Shown here: piece after piece, positions 1 through 10,695 of the stretch
Numbering within the stretch: position 1 is the stretch's first letter
Layout of the letters: every line of letters starts with the position of its first letter
DNA from: Bacteroidota bacterium
GTDB lineage: Bacteria; Bacteroidota; Bacteroidia; Bacteroidales; FEN-979
DNA: 64,000 nt
NCBI GenBank assembly: GCA_037137455.1
Contig: JBAXKG010000004.1
Span: 36,127 to 100,126, forward strand
Direction: 5' to 3'
The notes under the pieces: generated by a model
The model's input: the letters and a program-made list of their open reading frames with translations, nothing else
Databases searched by the model: none
What the model was told of the DNA's origin: nothing
Program-made: the position numbers and the translations under genes

Positions 1-25
1 CAGATCTGACATATTTGTCACCTTT

Positions 26-742
26 ATGAATTATGAACATAAAATACCTACTATGGAAACCATTGTAAATGAAAGCAAAACTTTTGAGCGATTACCACAA
101 CTTGATTGCGGGGTATGCGGATATAAAACCTGCAGTGAATTTGCGCTGGCTGTGGACCAATTCGAAACATCATTAAAGATGTGCATCCACATGAAGCACA
201 ATGGTTCAGAAACCAAAAGTATTTCAAATTGCATCGATTGCAAGAGCGCCAGCCAGATGGGAGAAAAGATGGGGTGGAAAGACCAGCTGAAACGCGACTT
301 TGATTTTATCCTCGATTGCTTCGACAATGAACCGGGGCCCAGGGAGACGATTCTGCCCTACAATCCTCAATTGGTAAAGGATCTTGGGGTCAAAAAAGGC
401 GATGTGATGATCGGCCGACCGATGGGAATGTCGTGCGGCTGTCCGATAACCCATTGCGGCGTTGTTACCGATTCTGATCCCAGAAACGGCGTCATCAACT
501 GGTGCGTTACCGGGCCACTCAGGCCAAGATCCGAAGGTTTTGTCGACATTGGTTATTATGTGGCGCAAGGCTATGAGGGAATAATAAAGGAGTCGAAGGA
601 GAAAATTGAACTTGGCCGCAGGTATTGGTTCATGCCCCGCAGATGTATGCTGCAATGGAGGCACAGCGGACTGGTTAATGCCATAACACGATTGCCGGAT
701 GGAAGTTATAAAGTAAGAATTGAAGGGCTGTTCATCGGTTAG
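26..742 (+). CDS. Fe-S cluster domain protein (RnfB/CdhD-type N-terminal 'FeS' Cys motif), function unknown
   Basis: ATG ORF of 238 aa. N-terminal CGVCGYKTC...C pattern resembles the putative 4Fe-4S 'FeS' domain. A second Cys cluster reads MSCGCPITHCG. Confidence 0.5.
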   Translation: MNYEHKIPTMETIVNESKTFERLPQLDCGVCGYKTCSEFALAVDQFETSLKMCIHMKHNGSETKSISNCIDCKSASQMGEKMGWKDQLKRDFDFILDCFDNEPGPRETILPYNPQLVKDLGVKKGDVMIGRPMGMSCGCPITHCGVVTDSDPRNGVINWCVTGPLRPRSEGFVDIGYYVAQGYEGIIKESKEKIELGRRYWFMPRRCMLQWRHSGLVNAITRLPDGSYKVRIEGLFIG

Positions 743-796
743 GTGAAAGTGATCAAATAAGGATTGGGGAATCCTGGAAGAAAGATGAGTTTTTAC

Positions 797-804
797 TATC
801 TTTG
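797..804 (+). promoter_or_regulatory. Bacteroidota -7 promoter box TAnnTTTG (TATCTTTG) upstream of lpdA
   Basis: Exact TAnnTTTG match 23 nt upstream of the ATG at 827. Confidence 0.45.
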
Positions 805-826
805 CGAATTCTAAAATTCCAGACCC

Positions 827-2215
827 ATGAATTACGATATCATAGTCATTGGCAGTGGTCCTGGCGGTTATGTCGCCGCGATCAGAGCTTCGCAGCTTGG
901 ATTGAAAGTTGCGGTAGTTGAACGTGCCGAATTGGGGGGTATATGCCTGAATTGGGGCTGTATTCCCACCAAAGCATTACTTAAAAGCGCAACCGTATTT
1001 CAGTATATACAACATGCTGCTGAATTTGGTATTGTCGGAGGTAATGCCTTGGCCGATTTTCCAGCCATCATTAAACGGAGCCGTGATGTAGCAGACCAGA
1101 TGAGCAAGGGAATTCAATTCCTCCTGAAAAAAAACAAAGTGGACCACATCCAGGGATTTGGGAAAGTAAAACCCGGGAAGATCGTGGAGGTAACAGAGAA
1201 TTCGGGAGTTATAACAGAATATTCAGCTAATCACATAATCATCGCCACCGGAGCCCGGACGCGTGAATTGCCAAACATAAAGCAAGATGGTAAAAAAATT
1301 ATTGGATACCGAGAGGCAATGACACTTCCTATTCAACCCAAGTCGATGGTGGTTGTGGGGTCTGGAGCTATCGGATCTGAATTTGCCTGGTTTTATCATT
1401 CACTTGGCACTAAGGTTACACTCGTTGAAGTACTGCCAAACATTGTACCTATTGAAGACGAGGAGGTTTCAAAAGCATTGGAACGTTCTTTCAAAAAAGC
1501 AGGAATGAAAGTTCTGACCGGCGTGTCTGTTGAATCGACAGACACTACCGGTGAAGGATGCAAGGTTCTGATCCAGACAAAGAAGGGTGAAGAGATCATT
1601 GATTGTGACATTGTTTTATCAGCGGTAGGTATTGCTACAAATATAGAAGGAATCGGACTGGAAGAGGTTGGTATTAAGGCGGATCGCGGGAAGGTGGTTG
1701 TAGATGATTTTTACAAAACCAGCATCGAAGGATATTATGCAATTGGCGACATTGTTCATGGCCCTGCCCTGGCGCATGTTGCATCTCACGAAGGAATTAT
1801 TTGTGTGGAAAAAATCGCCGGAAAACATGTCGAACCGCTTGATTATGGTAACATTCCCGGATGTACTTATACGCACCCCGAGGTCGCTTCGGTTGGCATG
1901 ACTGAAAAAGCAGCCAAAGAGGCTGGTTACGAAATATTGGTTGGTAAATTCCCTTTTACTGCATCGGGTAAGGCCACTGCATCGGGTGCAAGAGATGGCT
2001 TTATCAAGGTGATTTTTGATGCAAAATATGGCGAATGGCTGGGAGCTCACATGATCGGTGAAAATGTAACCGAGATGATCGCAGAAGTTGTGGTAGCTCG
2101 AAAACTGGAAACCACAGGTAAAGAGATTATTGAGTCTGTTCACCCACACCCTACAATGTCGGAGGCCATTATGGAAGCAGTAGCGCAGGCTTATGGTGAA
2201 TGTGTGCATATGTAA
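827..2215 (+). CDS. lpdA: dihydrolipoyl dehydrogenase (E3)
   Basis: GSGPGGY FAD fold, redox disulfide GGICLNWGCIPTK, C-terminal HPHPTMSE dyad. 462 aa. Confidence 0.95.
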   Translation: MNYDIIVIGSGPGGYVAAIRASQLGLKVAVVERAELGGICLNWGCIPTKALLKSATVFQYIQHAAEFGIVGGNALADFPAIIKRSRDVADQMSKGIQFLLKKNKVDHIQGFGKVKPGKIVEVTENSGVITEYSANHIIIATGARTRELPNIKQDGKKIIGYREAMTLPIQPKSMVVVGSGAIGSEFAWFYHSLGTKVTLVEVLPNIVPIEDEEVSKALERSFKKAGMKVLTGVSVESTDTTGEGCKVLIQTKKGEEIIDCDIVLSAVGIATNIEGIGLEEVGIKADRGKVVVDDFYKTSIEGYYAIGDIVHGPALAHVASHEGIICVEKIAGKHVEPLDYGNIPGCTYTHPEVASVGMTEKAAKEAGYEILVGKFPFTASGKATASGARDGFIKVIFDAKYGEWLGAHMIGENVTEMIAEVVVARKLETTGKEIIESVHPHPTMSEAIMEAVAQAYGECVHM

Positions 2216-2220
2216 TGAGT

Positions 2221-2252
2221 GATTGAATGATTGAATGATTGAATGATTGAAA
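2221..2252. repeat. tandem octamer GATTGAAT x4 (equivalently TGAN x9 counted from 2216)
   Basis: Read directly: taa tgag tgat tgaa tgat tgaa tgat tgaa tgat tgaa. Confidence 0.9.
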
Positions 2253-2257
2253 TAACT

Positions 2258-2280
2258 GAGCTCCGTAGGAGCTCTATTTT
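2258..2280 (+). terminator. putative intrinsic terminator of lpdA
   Basis: Perfect hairpin GAGCTCC-GTA-GGAGCTC followed by TATTTT. Confidence 0.55.
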
Positions 2281-2347
2281 GGTAGCCCGTTGGAATTCAT
2301 ATTGATTTTTCCGCTCCGTAGGTGCGGAATAAAAAAATAATTTTTCT

Positions 2348-2890
2348 ATGGAAATTATTAAGACTCCGCTCGAGGGGCTATTGATCATCAGGCCGGATGT
2401 ATTCGAAGATGAACGCGGTTATTTTTTCGAATCTTTCAACCATGAAAAATTCCTTACGGTTGGCCTTGATCTGAAATTCATGCAGGATAATGAATCAAAG
2501 TCAAGAAAAGGTGTACTCCGCGGACTTCATTTTCAGGCGCCCCCGTTTGCGCAAGGCAAACTGGTAAGAGTTATGCGCGGCTCTGTTATGGATGTGGCTG
2601 TTGATATTCGTAAAGACTCTCCTACTTACGGTAAATGGGAATCCATAATCCTTTCCGGACAAAATAAATGGATGTACTGGATCCCTCCCGGATTTGCACA
2701 TGGTTTTGCCACATTGGAAGATGATACCATCTTCTTTTATAAATGCACGAATGTATATAGCAAAGTATCAGAGGGTAGTATTCTCTGGAACGATCCCGAT
2801 CTGAATATCAATTGGGGAATTAAAGATCCGATGATTTCTGATAAAGACAAGGTCTCTCCGCGGTTTAGTGAGGTAGTGAGTCCGTTTTAA
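2348..2890 (+). CDS. rfbC: dTDP-4-dehydrorhamnose 3,5-epimerase
   Basis: RmlC cupin motifs: FEDERGYFFE, RGLHFQ, IPPGFAHGF. 180 aa. Confidence 0.9.
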   Translation: MEIIKTPLEGLLIIRPDVFEDERGYFFESFNHEKFLTVGLDLKFMQDNESKSRKGVLRGLHFQAPPFAQGKLVRVMRGSVMDVAVDIRKDSPTYGKWESIILSGQNKWMYWIPPGFAHGFATLEDDTIFFYKCTNVYSKVSEGSILWNDPDLNINWGIKDPMISDKDKVSPRFSEVVSPF

Positions 2891-2939
2891 GCAGTCGTTC
2901 AGGCGAACCAATGGGCAAAAATGAAAATTGATTTAGAAA

Positions 2940-3941
2940 ATGAAAAATAAAAAATATTATTTCTTAGGTGGTTTGGGGCTGATTTTGACATGTATATTAT
3001 CAGTTTGCGCTGTATTAGATGTGAAGAATCAGGACAAGGAATATAAAGGGCTTTTTTACAGGCACACGAAGGTATTTACACCTGAGTTACCTTCAAAGGC
3101 TGATTTTGCCGGCGAAGAGGTACCTCAGGAATTGTATTATGTAAGAGAAGCTTTTGAACGTGAAATCATAGCTTCTACATTTATGCATTCCTCTTCAATT
3201 CTGATGTTCAAACGTGCAAACCGTTGGTTTCCGATAATTGAACCAATACTGAAAAAGAATGGGATTCCCGATGATTTCAAGTTTCTTGCCCTTGCTGAAA
3301 GTAATCTTGCCAATGTAGTTTCACCAGCCGGCGCTGAGGGTTACTGGCAATTCATCAAGCCTACCGGACAGAAATACGGTTTGGAAATCAATGACAATGT
3401 TGATGAACGGTATAATATGGAGAAAGCAACCCAGGCTGCGTGTGAATATTTCAAGGATTCGTTCAAACATTTCAAAAATTGGACCCTTGTGGCTGCTTCT
3501 TACAACCGTGGAATGGATGGCTTGGACCAGGCACTTGAAAAACAGGAGGTGGCTGGATATTATGATCTTTATCTCAACGATGAGACTGCCCGATATATTT
3601 TTCGCATCATCGCGATGAAGGAGGTATATAATAATCCGGTTCGCTATGGATTTTACTTATGCGAACGGGATTTTTATCCGGAGATCCAGTCACGGTTTGT
3701 TACTATCGACACTACAATCTCCAATCTGCCTGCTTTTGCCAAACGCCAATTGATTAACTACAGGATACTACGCGAGATGAATCCATGGATCCAGAATTAC
3801 ACTCTACCTAACAAATCCAGGAAAATATACCTCTTCAAAATCCCGAAGGAGGGCGCTTTGAATTATGACACCTTGATAAAAAAGGTTCCGCCTCGTGACA
3901 CTTTTTTTCATGATACGCTAAAAATCAACGAGGTTCACTAA
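2940..3941 (+). CDS. lytic transglycosylase (SLT domain) membrane-anchored protein
   Basis: N-terminal TM segment. SLT-like motifs LALAESNL, EGYWQF, AASYNRG. Confidence 0.7.
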   Translation: MKNKKYYFLGGLGLILTCILSVCAVLDVKNQDKEYKGLFYRHTKVFTPELPSKADFAGEEVPQELYYVREAFEREIIASTFMHSSSILMFKRANRWFPIIEPILKKNGIPDDFKFLALAESNLANVVSPAGAEGYWQFIKPTGQKYGLEINDNVDERYNMEKATQAACEYFKDSFKHFKNWTLVAASYNRGMDGLDQALEKQEVAGYYDLYLNDETARYIFRIIAMKEVYNNPVRYGFYLCERDFYPEIQSRFVTIDTTISNLPAFAKRQLINYRILREMNPWIQNYTLPNKSRKIYLFKIPKEGALNYDTLIKKVPPRDTFFHDTLKINEVH

Positions 3942-3964
3942 TTATACTGCTTTTCGCGACTATT

Positions 3965-6787
3965 GTGGAAGAGAATTTGGAAGTATTCGGCGCCAGGGTT
4001 CACAATCTGAAAAACATCGATCTGACTATCCCCAGGCATAAGCTGGTTGTCTTTACCGGTTTAAGCGGCAGTGGTAAGTCATCGCTTGCTTTTGACACGA
4101 TATATGCCGAAGGACAGCGGCGATATATGGAAACCTTTTCGGCCTATGCCAGGCAATTTATTGGTAATCTTGAGAGGCCCGATGTCGACAAAATCAACGG
4201 ACTCAGCCCGGTCATTTCTATTGAACAGAAATCTACTAACCGGAATCCCCGTTCGACTGTAGGAACAATCACAGAGATTTATGATTTCATGCGCCTGCTC
4301 TTTGCAAGGGCTGCCGATGCCTATTCATACGTCACCGGTGAAAAGATGGTCAGGTATAGTGAACAACAAATTGTTGATTTGATCATTTCAAACTATTCAG
4401 GGAAAGAAATCCTTATCCTTGCCCCGGTAGTCAAAGGGCGTAAAGGGCATTATCGCGAATTGCTTGAACAAATCCGGAAACAGGGCTTCCTCAATGTCCG
4501 CATTGATGGAGAGGTAAAAGAAATCAATCACGGATTGCAGCTTGACAGGTACAAGATTCATGATGTAGAAATTCTGGTTGACCAGCTCAAGGTGAAACCC
4601 GAATCAAAATCAAGGCTTGCAGGTTCGGTTAATCTGGCCATGCGTCATGGAAAGGATGTATTGATGATACTTGATAAGGGCAATGAAACGGCCCGCCATT
4701 TCAGCCGTTTGTTGATGTGCCCGACTTCCGGTATTTCATATAATGAGCCGGAACCAAATTCCTTTTCCTTTAATTCCCCATACGGTGCATGCCCGAATTG
4801 CAATGGTCTTGGTACAATTTCTGAGATTGACATCAACAAGATCATCCCCGATCGCTCAAAAAGCATTAAAAAGGGAGGCATTGTCCCTATCGGCGAGTAC
4901 AAGAATTCCTGGATTTTCAAACAGATGGAGGCCATAGGTGAAAAATACGGATTCGACCTCAACACGCCGATTGCCGAAATTCCTGAAAATGCCATAAATG
5001 TTATTCTGAATGGTTCGGATGAGATACTCAGGGTGAGAAACGAGTACCTCGGAGTATCCTCGAGCTACTCGCTGAATTTCGAAGGAATTGTAAGCTTTAT
5101 AAACTCTCAGCATGCAGAAGCTGCTCCCGCCAGCATCATGAAATGGGTAAGTAGTTTCATGAATAAAATGCCTTGTCCGGAATGTAACGGGGCAAGGCTC
5201 AAAAAAGAATCACTTTATTTCAGGGTTGGAGGCAAAAATATTTCAGAATTAGCTAATATCGACCTGGTCAATCTTTCATCATGGTTTGATCAGCTTTCTG
5301 AAAAATTGGATGAACGGAAACGTACAATTGCTTATGAGATCATTCGCGAGATAAGGAACCGCATCCAGTTCCTGCTCGATGTTGGCATAGGCTATCTTAC
5401 GCTGAACCGTACCGCACGGAGTCTTTCAGGTGGTGAGAGCCAGAGGATCAGGCTGGCTACGCAGATCGGATCGCAATTGGTAGGGGTATTGTATATTCTC
5501 GATGAACCCAGCATCGGCCTTCATCAGCACGACAATCTTCGCCTTATTCACGCGCTGAAAAGTTTGCGAGATGCAGGCAATTCCGTAATCGTGGTTGAAC
5601 ATGACCAGGAAACCATCCTGGCAGCCGATCATGTGATAGATATTGGGCCCGGAGCAGGAATACATGGCGGCAGGATCGTAGCACAAGGCACCCCTGCCGA
5701 GATCATGAAAAATGACCATCTTACAGGGCTATATCTGAGTGGAAAACGGAAAATCAATATCCCGAAGGAGCGGCGGCAGGGCAACGGCAAACTTCTTACC
5801 TTGACCGGAGCATCGGGAAACAACCTGAAAAATGTGGAGTTGATTCTTCCGTTAGGGAAACTTATTGGGGTAACAGGACTTTCGGGCAGTGGAAAGTCTT
5901 CATTAATAAACGAAACCCTGTACCCAATTCTGAGCCGTTATTTCTATAAATCAGATAAGAAACCACTTCCTTATAAATCGATCGATGGGATAAAAAACAT
6001 CGACAAGGTGATTGAAATTGACCAGTCACCCATTGGACGGACGCCGCGTTCAAATCCGGCCACATACACAAAGGTATTCGACGACATCCGTAAGCTTTTT
6101 GCCGAGCTGCCGGAGTCAAAGATTCGTGGCTATCTTGCCGGCCGGTTTTCATTCAATGTCAAAGGAGGCAGGTGTGAAACCTGCAAGGGTGCTGGACTCC
6201 GTGCGATTGAGATGAATTTTTTGCCTGATGTTTATGTACTCTGTGAAACTTGTCATGGGCACCGTTATAACCGCGAGACCCTCGAAGTTCGATACAAAGG
6301 TAAATCCATCAATGATGTGCTCAATATGACGATAGAGCAAGCAGTTGAATTCTTTGAAAACATTCCCTTCATCGTCCATAAAATCAACACCCTCAATGAA
6401 GTAGGATTGGGATATATAACCCTTGGGCAACAATCGACTACTCTTTCGGGGGGAGAGGCACAGCGAGTAAAACTTGCAACGGAGCTTTCTAAAACAGATA
6501 CCGGCAATACGATTTACATTATGGATGAACCAACTACCGGGTTGCATTTCGAGGATGTGAAGGTGTTGCTTTGCGTTCTGAACAAGCTTGTTGCGAAAGG
6601 GAATACCGTGGTCGTGATCGAACATAACATGGAGGTCATTAAAGTTGTGGACTATGTCATCGACATGGGCCCTGAAGGTGGTGAGCGTGGAGGCGAGGTT
6701 ATTGTTCAAGGAACACCAGAGCAGGTTGCAAAGCATCCTTCAAGTTTCACCGCCCTTTATCTCAAACAAATCCTGGGTATAATGTGA
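3965..6787 (+). CDS. uvrA: excinuclease ABC subunit A
   Basis: Two [10 protein letters not shown] Walker A sites, two LSGGE signatures, Zn-finger CxxC pairs. GTG start. 940 aa. Confidence 0.97.
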   Translation: MEENLEVFGARVHNLKNIDLTIPRHKLVVFTGLSGSGKSSLAFDTIYAEGQRRYMETFSAYARQFIGNLERPDVDKINGLSPVISIEQKSTNRNPRSTVGTITEIYDFMRLLFARAADAYSYVTGEKMVRYSEQQIVDLIISNYSGKEILILAPVVKGRKGHYRELLEQIRKQGFLNVRIDGEVKEINHGLQLDRYKIHDVEILVDQLKVKPESKSRLAGSVNLAMRHGKDVLMILDKGNETARHFSRLLMCPTSGISYNEPEPNSFSFNSPYGACPNCNGLGTISEIDINKIIPDRSKSIKKGGIVPIGEYKNSWIFKQMEAIGEKYGFDLNTPIAEIPENAINVILNGSDEILRVRNEYLGVSSSYSLNFEGIVSFINSQHAEAAPASIMKWVSSFMNKMPCPECNGARLKKESLYFRVGGKNISELANIDLVNLSSWFDQLSEKLDERKRTIAYEIIREIRNRIQFLLDVGIGYLTLNRTARSLSGGESQRIRLATQIGSQLVGVLYILDEPSIGLHQHDNLRLIHALKSLRDAGNSVIVVEHDQETILAADHVIDIGPGAGIHGGRIVAQGTPAEIMKNDHLTGLYLSGKRKINIPKERRQGNGKLLTLTGASGNNLKNVELILPLGKLIGVTGLSGSGKSSLINETLYPILSRYFYKSDKKPLPYKSIDGIKNIDKVIEIDQSPIGRTPRSNPATYTKVFDDIRKLFAELPESKIRGYLAGRFSFNVKGGRCETCKGAGLRAIEMNFLPDVYVLCETCHGHRYNRETLEVRYKGKSINDVLNMTIEQAVEFFENIPFIVHKINTLNEVGLGYITLGQQSTTLSGGEAQRVKLATELSKTDTGNTIYIMDEPTTGLHFEDVKVLLCVLNKLVAKGNTVVVIEHNMEVIKVVDYVIDMGPEGGERGGEVIVQGTPEQVAKHPSSFTALYLKQILGIM

Positions 6788-6795
6788 TATTTATT

Positions 6796-6803
6796 TACTT
6801 TTG
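6796..6803 (+). promoter_or_regulatory. -7 promoter box TACTTTTG
   Basis: TAnnTTTG match that overlaps the TTG at 6801. This argues the LOG gene starts at ATG 6822. Confidence 0.45.
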
Positions 6804-6821
6804 TACATCAAAAAGCAATTA

Positions 6822-7532
6822 ATGGAATTGGAAGATATTGAAAAATTGAAAGAGTCGATCCAGCCTAAAAACTGGTCGGAGACTATCAGCTATGACACCT
6901 GGGAAATTTTCAAGGTGATCTCGGAAATGGTCGAAGGGTTTGAAAAATTAAGCAGGATTGGCCCTTGTGTTTCAATTTTCGGATCGGCACGCGTAAAAGA
7001 GAGTCACAAATATTACAAACTGACAGAAGAGATAGCCTATCTGATGACAAAAGCCGGTTTTGGGATTATAACCGGCGGAGGCCCTGGAATCATGGAGGCC
7101 GCGAACAAAGGGGCTCATTTTGCCGGAGGAAAATCCGTTGGGTTAAACATAAATCTTCCTTTCGAACAAAACCCCAATCCTTTCATCGACCGTAACAAAT
7201 TGTTGAATTTCAATTTCTTTTATGTCAGGAAAACGATGTTCATGCGTTATTCGATGGGATTCGTTGCATTACCTGGCGGATTTGGAACACTTGATGAACT
7301 CACTGAGGCTATAACATTAATACAAACACACAAGTTGGTTCGTTTTCCGATTGTACTGGTTGGGCGCCAATACTGGCAGGGACTGATCGAATGGATCAAA
7401 ACCACGGTATTACAGGAAAAAAATATCAGTACAGAAGACCTGGATATTTTTATCTTGGTTGATACAGCGCAGGAGGCGGTAAGCTGCATTACTGATTTCT
7501 ACAAGACGTACGCATTGAAACCCAACTTCTAA
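6822..7532 (+). CDS. LOG-family (TIGR00730) nucleotide phosphoribohydrolase-like protein
   Basis: GGGPGIMEA and PGGFGTLDE motifs. The ORF track extends to TTG 6801, but ATG 6822 is preferred because of the promoter box. Confidence 0.85.
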   Translation: MELEDIEKLKESIQPKNWSETISYDTWEIFKVISEMVEGFEKLSRIGPCVSIFGSARVKESHKYYKLTEEIAYLMTKAGFGIITGGGPGIMEAANKGAHFAGGKSVGLNINLPFEQNPNPFIDRNKLLNFNFFYVRKTMFMRYSMGFVALPGGFGTLDELTEAITLIQTHKLVRFPIVLVGRQYWQGLIEWIKTTVLQEKNISTEDLDIFILVDTAQEAVSCITDFYKTYALKPNF

Positions 7533-7551
7533 AAAAGTCTGTTAATTTGAT

Positions 7552-7559
7552 TATTTTTG
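7552..7559 (+). promoter_or_regulatory. -7 promoter box TATTTTTG upstream of rsfS-ftsH
   Basis: Exact TAnnTTTG 23 nt upstream of ATG 7582. Confidence 0.45.
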
Positions 7560-7581
7560 CATTATAAAAAAAACTTCTTTC

Positions 7582-7968
7582 ATGCCCCCCCGAACCCGAA
7601 GAAAGAAAAAAGAACCGCGAGAAATACTAATTGAGACAGTAGTCAAAGCAATGACCGACAAAATCGCCAGAAATCCAATGGTTCTTGATTTTACAGGTAT
7701 GAAGGGTCCCGTTTGTGATGCTTTTGTTATTTGCCATGGGAATTCCCGTGTTCAAACAGAGGCGATTGCCGATCATGTGATCGGGGAGGTCAAAAAACAC
7801 ACCGGGCAAAATCCCTGGCACAAAGAGGGTTTTGAAAATGCGGAATGGATATTGATCGATTATAGTGATGTAGTCATCCATATATTTCAGGAAGAGCGGC
7901 GCAAGTTCTACAATATAGAGCAGTTATGGGCCGATGCTGTAATTACGAAGGTTGACACTCAGGAATAA
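7582..7968 (+). CDS. rsfS: ribosome silencing factor RsfS (iojap)
   Basis: 128 aa. C-terminal VVIHIFQEERRKFYNIEQLW is typical of RsfS. Confidence 0.85.
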   Translation: MPPRTRRKKKEPREILIETVVKAMTDKIARNPMVLDFTGMKGPVCDAFVICHGNSRVQTEAIADHVIGEVKKHTGQNPWHKEGFENAEWILIDYSDVVIHIFQEERRKFYNIEQLWADAVITKVDTQE

Positions 7969-8000
7969 TAAGTGTTATATATTTTTTGGAACCAGACAGA

Positions 8001-10013
8001 ATGGCAGAAAAAGGAAAGAGTTTCATACCTCCAAAAGGCAAAAGACCAAAATTTAGTTTTTACTGGATCTACGCTATACTTGCGATAGGATTTATAGCAA
8101 TCCAGTATTTCAATTACTCCAGTCCTGTTAAAGAGATAACCTGGACAAGGCTTGAAGAGATACTGACCAAGCAGGATGTTGAAAAAATTGTAATCGTCAA
8201 CAAAGAGAAGGCAGAAGTATATATCAAGAAAGAAAAGCTTTCAACAGATACGGCTTACAAGGATTTTACCAAGCATAGTTTCGGATCATCTTCAGCCGCC
8301 AATAATCCACAATTCTATTATCAGATAGGTTCTGTAGAGATTTTACGGGATGATTTAAAAGACACCCGCGACAGCACTGTTGCCCGCATGAAGCGTGATA
8401 GTGTACCTTCAGCTCAGATAGTGGAATTTCAGAAACAATATCCATATCCGCCATCCAACATAGACCGTAAAGATGTTTTCGGGGACATTTTAGGATACCT
8501 GCTTCCCATTCTCCTTTTAGTAGGCGCCTGGTTCCTGATCATGCGCTTCATGAGCAAAGGCGCTGGCGGTGGCGGACAAATCTTCAACATCGGTAAATCA
8601 AAGGCTCAACTTTTCGACAAAGACACAAGTGTCAGTATTACTTTTAATGATGTTGCAGGCCTTGAAGAAGCCAAGGTTGAAATAATGGAAATAGTGGATT
8701 TCCTTAAAAATCCATCAAAATATACTAACCTTGGTGGAAAAATTCCTAAAGGAGCGCTGCTAGTCGGTCCCCCGGGAACCGGCAAAACTTTATTGGCAAA
8801 AGCCGTAGCAGGCGAGGCCAAGGTGCCTTTCTTCTCCATTTCAGGTTCCGATTTCGTTGAAATGTTTGTTGGCGTGGGAGCTTCCCGTGTCCGCGATCTT
8901 TTCAGGCAGGCAAAAGAGAAAGCGCCCTGCATTATTTTTATTGACGAAATTGATGCGATTGGCCGTGCCCGGGGGCGAAATGCGATCACTGGAGCAAACG
9001 ATGAACGCGAAAACACTCTAAACCAACTTTTAACTGAGATGGACGGCTTTGGCACTAATGCAGGTGTTATTATCCTGGCGGCCACCAACCGTGCCGATAT
9101 TCTCGACCGCGCCCTGATGCGTGCCGGGCGATTCGACCGCCAGATCAATGTCGAACTCCCTGACCTGGAAGAGCGAAAGGCGATTTTTAAGGTACATCTG
9201 AAACCCCTAAAACTTGATCCGGGACTCGATGTAGATTTCCTTGCCAAACAAACCCCCGGATTTTCGGGAGCTGATATTGCCAATGTTTGCAATGAATCTG
9301 CCCTGATTGCTGCCAGGAAAAATAAGGCCATCATTGAAAAACAGGATTTTCTTGATGCAATTGACCGCATTATTGGAGGATTGGAGAAACGCAACAAGAT
9401 CATTTCCGTTCACGAGAAAAAGGTAATAGCCTATCATGAATCGGGCCATGCAACAACAAGTTGGCTTTTGGAATATGCTCATCCACTGGTCAAGGTGACT
9501 ATTGTTCCGCGTGGCAAGGCTTTAGGAGCTGCATGGTATTTGCCCGAAGAACGACAGATCACTACTTATGAACAAATGTTTGACGAAATAACTTCTGCCA
9601 TGGGAGGACGTGCTTCCGAGGAAATTGTGTTTGGTAAAGTTTCTACAGGCGCGTTGAACGATCTGGAAAAAGTTTCAAAACAGGCTTATGCCATGGTTGT
9701 ATATTTCGGTTTAAACAAGGAGATAGGAAATATCAGTTTTTATGACTCAAGCGGACAGAACGAATATGCTTTCCAGAAGCCTTATAGCGAAAAAACCGCT
9801 GAGACAATTGACCAGGAGGTGCGTAAAATTGTTGAATCAGCCTATGAAAAGGCAAAGAAACTTTTGAGTGAAAACAGGGAAAAACTCGAAATCCTTGCAT
9901 CGTTGTTGCTTGAGCGCGAAGTAATTTTCAGAGAAGATCTTGAAGAGGTTTTCGGCAAACGCCCGTGGGATAAAGAAGAGGAAAAATTGCCTTTACCATC
10001 CCTGTTAACTTAA
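8001..10013 (+). CDS. ftsH: ATP-dependent zinc metalloprotease FtsH
   Basis: GPPGTGKT Walker A, second region of homology, HESGHA zinc site. ATG 8001 preferred over the upstream in-frame TTG 7986. Confidence 0.97.
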   Translation: MAEKGKSFIPPKGKRPKFSFYWIYAILAIGFIAIQYFNYSSPVKEITWTRLEEILTKQDVEKIVIVNKEKAEVYIKKEKLSTDTAYKDFTKHSFGSSSAANNPQFYYQIGSVEILRDDLKDTRDSTVARMKRDSVPSAQIVEFQKQYPYPPSNIDRKDVFGDILGYLLPILLLVGAWFLIMRFMSKGAGGGGQIFNIGKSKAQLFDKDTSVSITFNDVAGLEEAKVEIMEIVDFLKNPSKYTNLGGKIPKGALLVGPPGTGKTLLAKAVAGEAKVPFFSISGSDFVEMFVGVGASRVRDLFRQAKEKAPCIIFIDEIDAIGRARGRNAITGANDERENTLNQLLTEMDGFGTNAGVIILAATNRADILDRALMRAGRFDRQINVELPDLEERKAIFKVHLKPLKLDPGLDVDFLAKQTPGFSGADIANVCNESALIAARKNKAIIEKQDFLDAIDRIIGGLEKRNKIISVHEKKVIAYHESGHATTSWLLEYAHPLVKVTIVPRGKALGAAWYLPEERQITTYEQMFDEITSAMGGRASEEIVFGKVSTGALNDLEKVSKQAYAMVVYFGLNKEIGNISFYDSSGQNEYAFQKPYSEKTAETIDQEVRKIVESAYEKAKKLLSENREKLEILASLLLEREVIFREDLEEVFGKRPWDKEEEKLPLPSLLT

Positions 10014-10030
10014 CCTGATCCTGATCATAT

Positions 10031-10678
10031 ATGGAAGAGAGCACTGCCAGAGAAAAAATCCTGAAGAGAGTCAGGGATGCCCTAATCGAAAAGACAGAAC
10101 CGCCTTACCCCATCATTGACCAGGATTCTTCTGTTTATCGTGAGATGACAGAGCCTTTGGATGTTACATTTGCTGAAGAACTTGTAAGGATTTCGGGAAA
10201 ATTTGTTTATTGCGAAAGCGAAGATGAGTTTATCGGGAACCTTAAATCCTTTATACTTGAAAAAGACTGGGGTGTGCTTTTTTGCCAGGATCCGAAGCTC
10301 CATCATCTATTGAAAATGGGTGGGATTCCCTTCGAATCCGATTCCGCAATTATCCTTGATGCCCGGATTGGAATAACCAGATGTGAATATCTCATTGCAA
10401 GACTTGGAACTGTGATGGTTTCATCGAAGCTAAGCCCAGGTCGAAAAATCACTGTTTATCCTGAAATTCATATTGTTCTGGGATATACCTCACAACTTGT
10501 TCCTGATTTAAAACAAGCTTTGACGAATATAAAGAAAAAATACAGGGATAATTTTCCATCCATGGTTTCGCTGATCTCTGGCCCAAGCCGCACTGCTGAT
10601 ATAGAAAAGACGCTTGTGATGGGAGCTCATGGGCCAAAAGAACTCTATGTTTTTTTAATCGATGATTCAACACCCTAA
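10031..10678 (+). CDS. LUD-domain protein (LutC/YkgG-like)
   Basis: 215 aa. Its position between ftsH and cdsA and its overall sequence pattern resemble LutC-family proteins. Confidence 0.65.
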   Translation: MEESTAREKILKRVRDALIEKTEPPYPIIDQDSSVYREMTEPLDVTFAEELVRISGKFVYCESEDEFIGNLKSFILEKDWGVLFCQDPKLHHLLKMGGIPFESDSAIILDARIGITRCEYLIARLGTVMVSSKLSPGRKITVYPEIHIVLGYTSQLVPDLKQALTNIKKKYRDNFPSMVSLISGPSRTADIEKTLVMGAHGPKELYVFLIDDSTP

Positions 10679-10695
10679 AACTAATCAGACTTAGG

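Noticed and set aside
2216-2252. Possibility that the short tandem repeats (2221-2252, 47916-47945, 52018-52086) are a CRISPR array
   Set aside because: The units are 4-8 nt and directly adjacent with no spacers. There are no 24-40 nt repeats and no cas genes anywhere in the window.
6149-6736. 195-aa ORF antisense to uvrA. Similar cases are 1619-2209 (in lpdA), 50965-51534 (in ppk), 49260-49796 (in glyA/sixA), 54102-54611 (in priA) and 30658-31170 (in guaB).
   Set aside because: All are nested in well-supported genes on the other strand and show no recognisable motifs. They are best explained as shadow ORFs.
8606-9403. 265-aa ORF antisense to ftsH
   Set aside because: It lies entirely inside the strongly supported ftsH CDS. 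Its Ser/Arg/Ala/Ile-rich, low-complexity translation is typical of the mirror frame of a conserved gene. It has no signal, motif or promoter box.
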